A DNA stretch of 64,000 nucleotides from the human T2T-CHM13v2.0 reference genome, Homo sapiens, in assembly GCF_009914755.1 (NCBI RefSeq), contig NC_060935.1. The stretch is one strand, 5' to 3'. Shown in pieces: positions 12,901-26,300 of this stretch. The notes beneath the pieces are model-generated. The model saw nothing but the letters and a program-made list of their open reading frames with translations. It made no database searches and was not told the DNA's origin. Every line of letters starts with the position of its first letter. Position 1 is the first letter of the stretch. The translations under genes and the position numbers were made by a program.

Positions 12901-15900
12901 ATGCTGAGAAACTTCTTTGTGATGTTTGCATTCAACTCACAGAGTTGAACCTTGCTTTCATAGTTCAGCTTTCAAACACTCTTTTTGTAGAATCTGCAAG
13001 TGGATATTTGGACCACTTTGTGGCCTTCCTTCGAAACGGGTATATCTTCACATCAAACCTAGACAGAAGCATTCTCAGAATGTTTCCTGTGATGACTGCA
13101 TTCAACTCACAGAGGTGAACAATCCTGCTGATGGAGCAATTTTGAAACTCTCTTTCTTTGGATTCTGCAAGTGGATATGTGGACCTCTGTGAAGATTTCG
13201 TTGGAAACGGGTTCATCTTCACAGAAAAACTAAACAGAAGCATTCTCAGAAACTGCTTTGTGATGTTTGTGTTCCACTTCAGGAATTGAACTTTCCTCTT
13301 GACAGAGCAGCTCTGAAACCCTCTTATTCTAGAATCTGCAAGTGGACATTTGGAGGGCTTTGAGGCCTGTGGTGGAAAAGGAAAATCTTCACATAAAAAC
13401 TAGATGGAAGCATTCTCAGAAACTACTTTGTGATGATTGCATTCGACTCACAGAGTTGAACATTCCTATAGATAGAGCAGGTTGTAAACAATCTTTTTGT
13501 AGAATCTGCGATTGGAGATTTGGACTGCTTTGAGGCCTACTGTAGTAAAGGAAATAACTTCATCTAAAAACCAAACGGAAGCATTCACAGACAATTCTTA
13601 GTGATCATTGCATTGAACTAACAGAGCTGAACATTCCTTTAGATGGCGCAGTTTCCAAACACACTTTCTGTAGAATCTGCAAGTGGATATTTGGACTTCT
13701 CTGAGAATTTCGTTGGAAAAGGGATAAACTTCCCAGAACTACACGGAAGCATTGTGAGAAACTTCTTTGTGATGTTTGCATTCAACTCACAGAGTTGAAA
13801 CTTGCTTTCATAGTTCAGCTTTCAAACACTCTTTTTGTAGAATCTGCAAGTGGATATTTGGACCACTTTGTGGCCTTCCTTCGAAACGGGTATATCTTCA
13901 CATCAAACCTAGACATAAGCATTCTCAGAATGTTTCCTGTGAAGACTGCATTCAACTCACAGAGATGAACAATCCTGTTGATGGAGCACTTTGGAAACTC
14001 TCTTTCTTTGGATTCTGCAAGTTGATATGTGGACCTCTGTGAAGATTTCGTTGGAAACGGGTTCATCTTCACAGAAAAACTAAACAGAAGCATTCTCAAA
14101 AACTACTTTGTGATGTTTGTGTTCCACTTCAAGAATTGAACTTTCCTCTTGACAGAGCAGTTCTGAAAACCTCTTTTTCTAGAATCTGCAAGTGGACATT
14201 TGGAGGGCTTTGAGGCCTGTGGTGGAAAAGGAAAATCTTCACATAAAAACTAGATGGAAGCATTCTCAGAAACTACTTTGTGATGATTGCATTCGACTCA
14301 CAGAGTTGAACATTCCTATAGATAGAGCAGGTTGTAAACAATCTTTTTGTAGAATCTGCGATTGGAGATTCGGACTGCTTTGAGGCCTACTGTAGTAAAG
14401 GAAATAACTTCATCTAAAAACCAAACGGAAGCATTCACAGACAATTCTTAGTGATCATTGCATTGAACTAACAGAGCTGAACATTCCTTTACATGGCGCA
14501 GTTTCCAAACACACTTTCTGTAGAATCTGCAAGTGGATATTTGGACCTCTCTGAGGATTTCGTTGGAAACGGGATAAACTTCCCAGAACTACACGGAAGC
14601 ATGCTGAGAAACTTCTTTGTGATGTTTGCATTCAACTCACAGAGTTGAACCTTGCTTTCATAGTTCAGCTTTCAAACACTTTTTTGTATAATCTGCAAGT
14701 GGATATTTGGACCACTTTGTGGCCTTCCTTCGAAACGGGTATATCTTCACATCAAACCTAGACAGAAGCATTCTCAGAATGTTTCCTGTGATGACTGCAT
14801 TCAACTCACAGAGGTGAACAATCCTGCTGATGGAGGAGTTTTGAAACTCTCTTTCTTTGGATTCTGCAAGTGGATATGTGGACCTCTGTGAAGATTTCGT
14901 TGGAAACGGGTTCATCTTCACAGAAAAACTAAACAGAAGCATTCTCAGAAACTGCTTTGTGATGTTTGTGTTCCACTTCAGGAATTGAACTTTCCTCTTG
15001 ACAGAGCAGCTCTGAAACCCTCTTATTCTAGAATCTGCAAGTGGACATTTGGAGGGATTTGAGGCCTGTGGTGGAAAAGGAAAATCTTCACATAAAAACT
15101 AGATGGAAGCATTCTCAGAAACTACTTTGTGATGATTGCATTCGACTCACAGAGTTGAACATTCCTATAGATAGAGCAGGTTGTAAACAATCTTTTTCTA
15201 GAATCTGCTATTGGAGATTTGGACTGCTTTGAGGCCTACTGTAGTAAAGGAAATAACTTCATCTAAAAACCAAACGGAAGCATTCACAGACAATTCTCAG
15301 TGATCATTGGATTGAACTAACAGAGCTGAACATTCCTTTAGATGGCGCAGTTTCCAAACAAACTTTCTGTAGAATCTGCAAGTGGATATTTGGACTTCTC
15401 TGAGAATTTCGTGGGAAAAGGGATAAACTTCCCAGAACTACACGGAAGCATTGTGAGAAACTTCTTTGTGATGTTTGCATTCAACTCACAGAGTTGAACC
15501 TTGCTTTCATAGTTCAGCTTTCAAACACTCTTTTTGTAGAATCTGCAAGTGGATATTTGGACCACTTTGTGGCCTTCCTTCGAAACGGGTATATCTTCAC
15601 ATCAAACCTAGACAGAAGCATTCTCAGAATGTTTCCTGTGATGACTGCATTCAACTCACAGAGGTGAACAATCCTGCTGATGGAGCAGTTTTGAAACTCT
15701 CTTTCTTTGGATTCTGCATGTGGATATGTTGACCTCTGTGAAGATTTCGTTGGAAACGGGTTCATCTTCACAGAAAAACTAAACAGGAGCATTCTCAGAA
15801 AGTGCTTTGTGATGTTTGTGTTCCACTTCAAGAATTGAACTTTCCTCTTGACAGAGCAGCTCTGAAACCCTCTTTTTCTAGAATCTGCAAGTGGACATTT

Positions 15901-18900
15901 GGAAGGATTTGAGGCCTGTGGTGGAAAAGGAAAATCTTCACATAAAAACTAGATGGAAGCATTCTCAGAAACTACTTTGTGATGATTGCATTCGACTCAC
16001 AGAGTTGAACATTCCTATAGATAGAGCAGGTTGTAAACAATCTTTTTGTAGAATCTGCGATTGGAGATTTGGACTGCTTTGAGGCCTACTGTAGTAAAGG
16101 AAATAACTTCATCTAAAAACCAAACGGAAGCATTTACAGACAATTCTTAGTGATCATTGGATTGAACTAACAGAGCTGAACATTCCTTTAGATGGAGCAG
16201 TTTCCAAACCCACTTTCTGTAGAATCTGCAAGTGGATATTTGGACTTCTCTGAGGATTTCGTTGGAAACGGAATAAACTTCCCAGAACTACAGGGAAGCA
16301 TTGTGAGAAACTTCTTTGTGATGTTTGCATTCAACTCACAGAGTTGAACCTTGCTTTCATAGTTCAGCTTTCAAACACTCTTTTTGTAGAATCTGCAAGT
16401 GGATATTTGGACCACTTTGTGGCCTTCCTTCGAAACGGGTATATCTTCACATCAAACCTAGACAGAAGCATTCTCAGAATGTTTCCTGTGATGACTGCAT
16501 TCAACTCACAGAGGTGAACAATCCTGTTGATGGAGCACTTTTGAAATTCTCTTTCTTTGGATTCTGCAAGTTGATATGTGGACCTCTGTGAAGATTTCGT
16601 TGGAAACGGGTTCATCTTCACAGAAAAACTAAACAGAAGCATTCTCAGAAACTACTTTGTGATGTTTGTGTTCCACTTCAAGAATTGAACTTTCCTCTTG
16701 ACAGAGCAGCTCTGAAACCCTCTTTTTCTAGAATCTGCAAGTGGACATTTGGAGGGCTTTGAGGCCTGTGGTGGAAAAGGAAAATCTTCACATAAAAACT
16801 AGATGGAAGCCTTCTCAGAAACTACTTTGTGATGATTGCATTCGTCTCACAGAGTTGAACATTCCTATAGATAGAGCAGGTTGTAAACAATCTTTTTGTA
16901 GAATCTGCGATTGGAGATTTGGACTGCTTGGAGGCCTACTGTAGTAAAGTAAATAACTTCATCTAAAAACCAAACGGAACCATTCACAGACAATTCTTAG
17001 TGATCATTGCATTGAACTAACAGAGCTGAACATTCCTTTAGATGGCGCAGTTTCCAAACACACTTTCTGTAGAATCTGCAAGTGGATATTTGGACCTCTC
17101 TGAGGATTTCGTTGGAAACCGGATAAACTTCCCAGAACTACACGGAAGCATTGTGAGAAAATTCTTTGTGATGTTTGCATTCAACTCACAGAGTTGAACC
17201 TTGCTTTCATAGTTCAGCTTTCAAACACTCTTTTTGTAGAATCTACAAGTGGATATTTGGACCACTTTGTGGCCTTCCTTCGAAACGGGTATATCTTCCC
17301 ATCAAACCTAGACAGAAGCATTCTCAGAATGTTTCCTGTGATGACTGCATTCAACTCACAGAGGTGAACAATCCTGTTGATGGAGCACTTTTGAAACTCT
17401 CTTTCTTTGGATTCTGCAAGTTGATATGTGGACCTCTGTGAAGATTTCGTTGGAAACGGGTTCATCTTCACAGAAAAACTAAACAGAAGCATTCTCAGAA
17501 ACTACTTTGTGATGTTTGTGTTCCACTTCAAGAATTGAACTTTCCTCTTGACAGAGCAGCTCTGAAACCCTCTTTTTCTAGAATCTGCAAGTGAACATTT
17601 GGAGGGCTTTGAGGCCTGTGGTGGAAAAGGAAAATCTTCACATAAAAACTAGATGGAAGCATTCTCAGAAACTACTTTGTGATGATTGCATTCGACTCAC
17701 AGAGTTGAACATTCCTATAGATAGAGCAGGTTGTAAACAATCTTTTTGTAGAATCTGCGATTGGAGATTTGGACTGCTTTGAGGCCTACTGTAGTAAAGG
17801 AAATAACTTCATCTAAAAACCAAACGGAAGCATTCACAGACAATTCTTAGTGATCATTGCATTGAACTAACAGAGCTGAACATTCCTTTAGATGGCGCAG
17901 TTTCCAAACACACTTTCTGTAGAATCTGCAAGTGGATATTTGGACCTCTCTCAGGATTTCGTTAGAAAAGGGATAAACTTCCCAGAACTACACGGAAGCA
18001 TGCTGAGAAACTTCTTTGTGATGTTTGCATTCAACTCACAGAGTTGAACCTTGCTTTCATAGTTCAGCTTTCAAACACTCTTTTTGTAGAATCTGCAAGT
18101 GGATATTTGGACCACTTTGTGGCCTTCCTTCGAAACGGGTATATCTTCACATCAAACCTAGACAGAAGCATTCTCAGAATGTTTCCTGTGATGACTGCAT
18201 TCAACTCACAGAGGTGAACAATCCTGCTGATGGAGCAGTTTTGAAACTCTCTTTCTTTGGATTCTGCAAGTGGATATGTGGACCTCTGTGAAGATTTCGT
18301 TGGAAACGGGTTCATCTTCACAGAAAAACTAAACAGAAACATTCTCACAAACTGCTTTGTGATGTTTGTGTTCCACTTCAGGAATTGAACTTTCCTCTTG
18401 ACAGAGCAGCTCTGAAACCCTCTTATTCTAGAATCTGCAAGTGGACATTTGGAGGGCTTTGAGGCCTGTGGTGGAAAAGGAAAATCTTCACATAAAAACT
18501 AGATGGAAGCATTCTCAGAAACTACTTTGTGATGATTGCATTCGACTCACAGATTTGAACATTCCTATAGATAGAGCAGGTTGTAAACAATCTTTTTGTA
18601 GAATCTGCGATTGGAGATTTGGACTGCTTTGAGGCCTACTGTAGTATAGGAAATAACTTCATCTAAAAACCAAACGGAAGCATTCACAGACAATTCTTAG
18701 TGATCATTGGATTGAACTAACAGAGCTGAACATTCCTTTAGATGGCGCAGTTTCCAAACACACTTTCTGTAGAATCTGCAAGTGGATATTTGGACTTCTC
18801 TGAGGATTTCGTTGGAAACGGGATAAACTTCCCAGAACTACACGGAAGCATTGTGAGAAACTTCTTTGTGATGTTTGAATTCAACTCACAGAGTTGAACC

Positions 18901-20395
18901 TTGCTTTCATAGTTCAGCTTTCAAACACTCTTTTTGTAGAATCTGCAAGTGCATATTTGGACCACTTTTTGGGCTTCCTTCGAAACGGGTATATCTTCAC
19001 CTCAAACCTAGACAGAAGCATTCTCAGAATGTTTCCTGTGATGACTGCATTCAACTCACAGAGGTGAACAATCCTGCTGATGGAGCAGTTTTGAAACTCT
19101 CTTTCTTTGGATTCTGCAAGTGGATATGTGGACCTCTGTGAATATTTCGTTGGAAACGGGTTCATCTTCACAGAAAAACTAAACAGGAGCATTCTCAGAA
19201 ACTGCTCTGTGATGTTTGTGTTCCACTTCAAGAATTGAACTTTCCTCTTGACAGAGCAGCTCTGAAACCCTATTTTTCTAGAATCTGCAAGTGAACATTT
19301 GGAGGGCTTTGAGGCCTGTGGTGGAAAAGGAAAATCTTCACATAAAAACTAGATGGAAGCATTCTCAGAAACTACTTTGTGATGATTGCATTCGACTCAC
19401 AGAGTTGAACATTCCTATAGATAGAGCAGGTTATAAACAATCTTTTTCTAGAATCTGCGATTGGAGATTTGGACTGCTTTGAGGCCTACTGTAGTAAAGG
19501 AAATAACTTCATCTAAAAACCAAACGGAAGCATTCACAGACAATTCTTAGTGATCATTGGATTGAACTAACAGAGCTGAACATTCCTTTAGATGGAGCAG
19601 TTTCCAAACACACTTTCTGTAGAATCTGCAAGTGGATATTTGGACTTCTCTGAGGATTTCGTTGGAAACGGGATAAACTTCCCAGAACTACAGGGAAGCA
19701 TTGTGAGAAACTTCTTTGTGATGTTTGCATTCAACTCACAGAGTTGAACCTTGCTTTCATAGTTCAGCTTTCAAACACTCTTTTTGTAGAATCTGCAAGT
19801 GGATATTTGGACCACTTTGTGGCCTTCCTTCGAAACGGGTATATCTTCACATCAAACCTAGACAGAAGCATTCTCAGAATGTTTCCTGTGAAGACTGCAT
19901 TCAACTCACAGAGATGAACAATCCTGTTGATGGAGCACTTTGGAAACTCTCTTTCTTGGGATTCTGCAAGTTGATATGTGGACCTCTGTGAAGATTTCGT
20001 TGGAAACGGGTTCATCTTCACAGAAAAACTAAACAGAAGCATTCTCAAAAACTACTTTGTGATGTTTGTGTTCCACTTCAAGAATTGAACTTTCCTCTTG
20101 ACAGAGCAGCTCTGAAAACCTCTTTTTCTAGAATCTGCAAGTGGACATTTGGAGGGCTTTGAGGCCTGTGGTGGAAAAGGAAAATCTTCACATAAAAACT
20201 AGATGGAAGCATTCTCAGAAACTACTTTGTGATGATTGCATTCGACTCACAGAGTTGAACATTCCTATAGATAGAGCAGGTTGTAAACAATCTTTTTGTA
20301 GAATCTGCGATTGGAGATTTGGACTGCTTTGAGGCCTACTGTAGTAAAGGAAATAACTTCATCTAAAAACCAAACGGAAGCATTCACAGACAATT

Positions 20396-23300
20396 CTTAG
20401 TGATCATTGCATTGAACTAACAGAGCTGAACATTCCTTTAGATGGAGCAGTTTCCAAACACACTTTCTGTAGAACCTGCAAGTGGATATTTGGACCTCTC
20501 TGAGGATTTCGTTGGAAACGGGATAAACTTCCCAGAGCTACACGGAAGCATTGTGAGAAACTTCTTTGTGATGTTTGCATTCAACTCACAGAGTTGAACC
20601 TTGCTTTCATAGTTCAGCTTTCAAACACTCTTTTTGTAGAATCTGCAAGTGGATATTTGGACCACTTTGTGGCCTTCCTTCGAAACGGGTATATCTTCAC
20701 ATCAAACCTAGACAGAAGCATTCTCAGAATGTTTCCTGTGATGACTGCATTCAACTCACAGAGGTGAACAATCCTGCTGATGGAGCAGTTTTGAAACTCT
20801 CTTTCTTTGGATTCTGCAAGTGGATATGTGGACCTCTGTGAAGATTTCGTTGGAAACGGGTTCATCTTCACAGAAAATCTAAACAGAAATATTCTCACAA
20901 ACTGCTTTGTGATGTTTGTGTTCCACTTCAGGAATTGAACTTTCCTCTTGACAGAGCAGCTCTGAAACCCTCTTATTCTAGAATCTGCAAGTGGACATTT
21001 GGAGGGCTTTGAGGCCTGTGGTGGAAAAGGAAAATCTTCACATAAAAACTAGATGGAAGCATTCTCAGAAACTACTTTGTGATGATTGCATTCGACTCAC
21101 AGAGTTGAACATTCCTATAGATAGAGCAGGTTGTAAACAATCTTTTTGTAGAATCTGCGATTGGAGATTTGGACTGCTTTGAGGCCTACTGTAGTAAAGG
21201 AAATAACTTCATCTAAAAACCAAACGGAAGCATTCACAGACAATTCTTAGTGATCATTGGATTGAACTAACAGAGCTGAACATTCCTTTAGATGGCGCAG
21301 TTTCCAAACACACTTTCTGTAGAATCTGCAAGTGGATATTTGGACCTCTCTGAGGATTTCGTTGGAAACGGGATAAACTTCCCAGAACTACACGGAAGCA
21401 TTGTGAGAAACTTCTTTGTGATGTTTGCATTCAACTCACAGAGTTGAACCTTGCTTTCATAGTTCAGCTTTCAAACACTCTTTTTGTAGAATCTGCAAGT
21501 GGATATTTGGACCACTTTGTGGCCTTCCTTCGAAACGGGTATATGTTCACATCAAACCTAGACAGAAGCATTCTCAGAATGTTTCCTGTGATGACTGCAT
21601 TCAACTCACAGAGGTGAACAATCCTGCTGATGGAGCAGTTTTGAAACTCTCTTTCTTTGGATTCTGCAAGTGGATATGTGGACCTCTGTGAAGATTTCGT
21701 TGGAAACGGGTTCATCTTCACAGAAAAACCAAACAGAAGCATTCTCAGAAACTGCTTTGTGATGTTTGTGTTCCACTTCAGGAATTGAACTTTCCTCTTG
21801 ACAGAGCAGCTCTGAAACCCTCTTATTCTAGAATCTGCAAGTGGACATTTGGAGGGCTTTGAGGCCTGTGGTGGAAAAGGAAAATCTTCACATAAAAACT
21901 AGATGGAAGCATTCTCAGAAACTACTTTGTGATGATTGCATTCGACTCACAGAGTTGAACATTCCTATAGATAGAGCAGGTTGTAAACAATCTTTTTGTA
22001 GAATCTGCGATTGGAGATTTGGACTGCTTTGAGGCCTACTGTAGTAAAGGAAATAACTTCATCTAAAAACCAAACGGAAGCATTCACAGACAATTCTTAG
22101 TGATCATTGCATTGAACTAACAGAGCTGAACATTCCTTTAGATGGCGCAGTTTCCAAACACACTTTCTGTAGAATCTGCAAGTGGATATTTGGACCTCTC
22201 TGAGGATTTCGTTGGAAACGGGATAAACTTCCCAGAACTACACGGAAGCATTCTGAGAAACTTCTTTGTGATGTTTGCATTCAACTCACAGAGTTGAACC
22301 TTGCTTTCATAGTTCAGCTTTCAAACCCTCTTTTTGTAGAATCTGCAAGTGGATATTTGGACCACTTTGTGGCCTTCCTTCGAAACGGATATATCTTCAC
22401 ATCAAACCTAGACAGAAGCATTCTCAGAATGTTTCCTGTGATGACTGCATTCAACTCACAGAGGTGAACAATCCTGCTGATGGAGCAGTTTTGAAACTCT
22501 CTTTCTTTGGATTCTGCAAGTGGATATGTGGACCTCTGTGAAGATTTCGTTGGAAACGGGTTCATCTTCACAGAAAAACTAAACAGAAGCATTCTCAGAA
22601 ACTGCTTTGTGATGTTTGTGTTCCACTTCAGGAATTGAACTTTCCTCTTGACAGAGCAGCTCTGAAACCCTCTTATTCTAGAATCTGCAAGTGGACATTT
22701 GGAGGGCTTTGAGGCCTGTGGTGGAAAAGGAAAATCTTCACATAAAAACTAGATGGAAGCATTCTCAGAAACTACTTTGTGATGATTGCATTCGACTCAC
22801 AGAGTTGAACATTCCTATAGATAGAGCAGGTTGTAAACAATCTTTTTCTAGAATCTGCTATTGGACATTTGGACTGCTTTGAGGCCTACTGTAGTAAAGG
22901 AAATAACTTCATCTAAAAACCAAACTGAAGCATTCACAGACAATTCTCAGTGATCATTGGATTGAACTAACAGAGCTGAACATTCCTTTAGATGGAGCAG
23001 TTTCCAAACACACTTTCTGTAGAATCTGCAAGTGGATATTTGGACTTCTCTGACAATTTCGTTGGAAACGGCATAAACTTCCCAGAACTACACGGAAGCA
23101 TTGTGAGAAACTTCTTTGTGATGTTTGCATTCAACTCACAGAGTTGAACCTTGCTTTCATAGTTCAGCTTTCAAACACTCTTTTTGTAGAATCTGCAAGT
23201 GGATATTTGGACCACTTTGTGGCCTTCCTTCGAAACGGGTATATCTTCACATCAAACCTAGACAGAAGCATTCTCAGAATGGTTCCTGTGATGACTGCAT

Positions 23301-26300
23301 TCAACTCACAGAGGTGAACAATCCTGCTGATGGAGCAGTTTTGAAATTCTCTTTCTTTGGATTCTGCGTGTGGATATGTTGACCTCTGTGAAGATTTCGT
23401 TAGAAACGGGTTCATCTTCACAGAAAAATTAAACAGGAGCATTCTCAGAAACTGCTTTGTGATGTTTGTGTTCCACTTCAGGAATTGAACTTTCCTCTTG
23501 ACAGAGCAGCTCTGAAACCCTCTTTTTCTAGAATCTGCAAGTGGACATTTGGAGGGATTTGAGGCCTGTGGTGGAAAAGGAAAATCTTCACATAAAAACT
23601 AGATGGAAGCATTCTCAGAAACTACTTTGTGATGATTGCATTCGACTCACAGAGTTGAACATTCCTATAGATAGAGCAGGTTGTAAACAATCTTTTTGTA
23701 GAATCTGCGATTGGAGATTTGGACTGCTTTGAGGCCTACTGTAGTAAAGGAAATAACTTCATCTAAAAACCAAACGGAAGCATTTACAGACAATTCTTAG
23801 TGATCATTGGATTGAACTAACAGAGCTGAACATTCCTTTAGATGGAGCAGTTTCCAAACCCACTTTCTGTAGAATCTGCAAGTGGATATTTGGACTTCTC
23901 TGAGGATTTCGTTGGAAACGGGATAAAATTCCCAGAACTACAGGGAAGCATTGTGAGAAATTTCTTTGAGATGTTTGCATTCAACTCACAGAGTTGAACC
24001 TTGCTTTCATAGTTCAGCTTTCAAACACTCTTTTTGTAGAATCTGCAAGTGGATATTTGGACCACTTTGTGGCCTTCCTTCGAAACGGGTATATCTTCAC
24101 ATCAAACCTAGACAGAAGCATTCTCAGAATGTTTCCTGTGATGACTGCATTCAACTCACAGAGGTGAACAATCCTATTGATGGAGCACTTTTGAAACTCT
24201 CTTTCTTTGGATTCTGCAAGTTGATATGTGGACCTCTGTGAAGATTTCGTTGGAAACGGGTTCATCTTCACAGAAAAACTAAACAGAAGCATTCTCAGAA
24301 ACTACTTTGTGATGTTTGTGTTCCACTTCAAGAATTGAACTTTCCTCTTGACAGAGCAGCTCTGAAACCCTCTTTTTCTAGAATCTGCAAGTGGACATTT
24401 GGAGGGCTTTGAGGCCTGTGGTGGAAAAGGAAAATCTTCACATAAAAACTAGATGGAAGCATTCTCAGAAACTACTTTGTGATGATTGCATTCGTCTCAC
24501 AGAGTTGAACATTCCTATAGATAGAGCAGGTTGTAAACAATCTTTTTGTAGAATCTGCGATTGGAGATTTGGACTGCTTTGAGGCCTACTGTAGTAAAGG
24601 AAATAACTTCATCTAAAAACCAAACGGAAGCATTCACAGACAATTCTTAGTGATCATTGCATTGAACTAACAGAGCTGAACATTCCTTTAGATGGTGCAG
24701 TTTCCAAACACACTTTCTGTAGAATCTGCAAGTGGATATTTGGACCTCTCTGAGGATTTCGTTGGAAACCGGATAAACTTCCCAGAACTACACAGAAGCA
24801 TTCTGAGAAACTTCTTTGTGATGTTTGCATTCAACTCACAGAGTTGAACCTTGCTTTCATAGTTCAGCTTTCAAACACTCTTTTTGTAGAATCTGCAAGT
24901 GGATATTTGGACCACTTTGTGGCCTTCCTTCGAAACGGGTATATCTTCACATCAAACCTAGACAGAAGCATTCTCAGAATGTTTCCTGTCATGACTGCAT
25001 TCAACTCCCTGAGGTGAACAATCCTGCTGATGGAGCAGTTTTGAACCTCTCTTTCTTTGGATTCTGCAAGTGGATATGTGTACCACTGTGAAGATTTCGT
25101 TGGAAACGGGTTCATCTTCACAGAAAAACTAAACAGAAGCATTCTCAGAAACTGCTTTGTGATGTTTGTGTTCCACTTCAGGAATTGAACTTTCCTCTTG
25201 ACAGAGCAGCTCTGAAACCCTCTTTTTCTAGAATCTGCAAGTGGACATTTGGAGGGCTTTGAGGCCTGTGGTGGAAAAGGAAAATCTTCACATAAAAACT
25301 TTATGGAAGCATTCTCAGAAACTACTTTGTGATGATTGCATTCGACTCACAGAGTTGAACATTCCTATACATAGAGCAGGTTGTAAACAATCTTTTTGTA
25401 GAATCTGCGATTGGAGATTTGGACTGCTTTGAGTCCTACTGTAGTAAAGGAAATAACTTCATCTAAAAACCAAACGGAAGCATTCACAGACAATTCTTAG
25501 TGATCATTGCATTGAACTAACAGAGCTGAACATTCCTTTAGATGGAGCAGTTTCCAAACACACTTTCTGTAGAACCTGCAAGTGGATATTTGGACCTCTC
25601 TGAGGATTTCGTTGGAAACGGGATAAACTTCCCAGAGCTACACGGAAGCATTGTGAGAAACTTCTTTGTGATGTTTGCATTCAACTCACAGAGTTGAACC
25701 TTGCTTTCATAGTTCAGCTTTCAAACACTCTTTTTGTAGAATCTGCAAGTGGATATTTGGACGACTTTGTGGCCTTCCTTCGAAACGGGTATATCTTCAC
25801 ATCAAACCTAGACAGAAGCATTCTCAGAATGTTTCCTGTGATGACTGCATTCAACTCACAGAGGTGAACAATCCTGCTGATGGAGCAGTTTTGAAACTCT
25901 CTTTCTTTGGATTCTGCAAGTGGATATGTGGACCTCTGCGAAGATTTCGTTGGAAACGGGTTCATCTTCACAGAAAATCTAAACAGAAACATTCTCACAA
26001 ACTGCTTTGTGATGTTTGTGTTCCACTTCAGGAATTGAACTTTCCTCTTGACAGAGCAGCTCTGAAACCCTCTTATTCTAGAATCTGCAAGTGGACATTT
26101 GGAGGGCTTTGAGGCCTGTGGTGGAAAAGGAAAATCTTCACATAAAAACTAGATGGAAGCATTCTCAGAAACTACTTTGTGATGATTGAATTCGACTCAC
26201 AGAGTTGAACATTCCTATAGATAGAGCAGGTTGTAAACAATCTTTTTGTAGAATCTGCGATTGGAGATTTGGACTGCTTTGAGGCCTACTGTAGTAAAGG

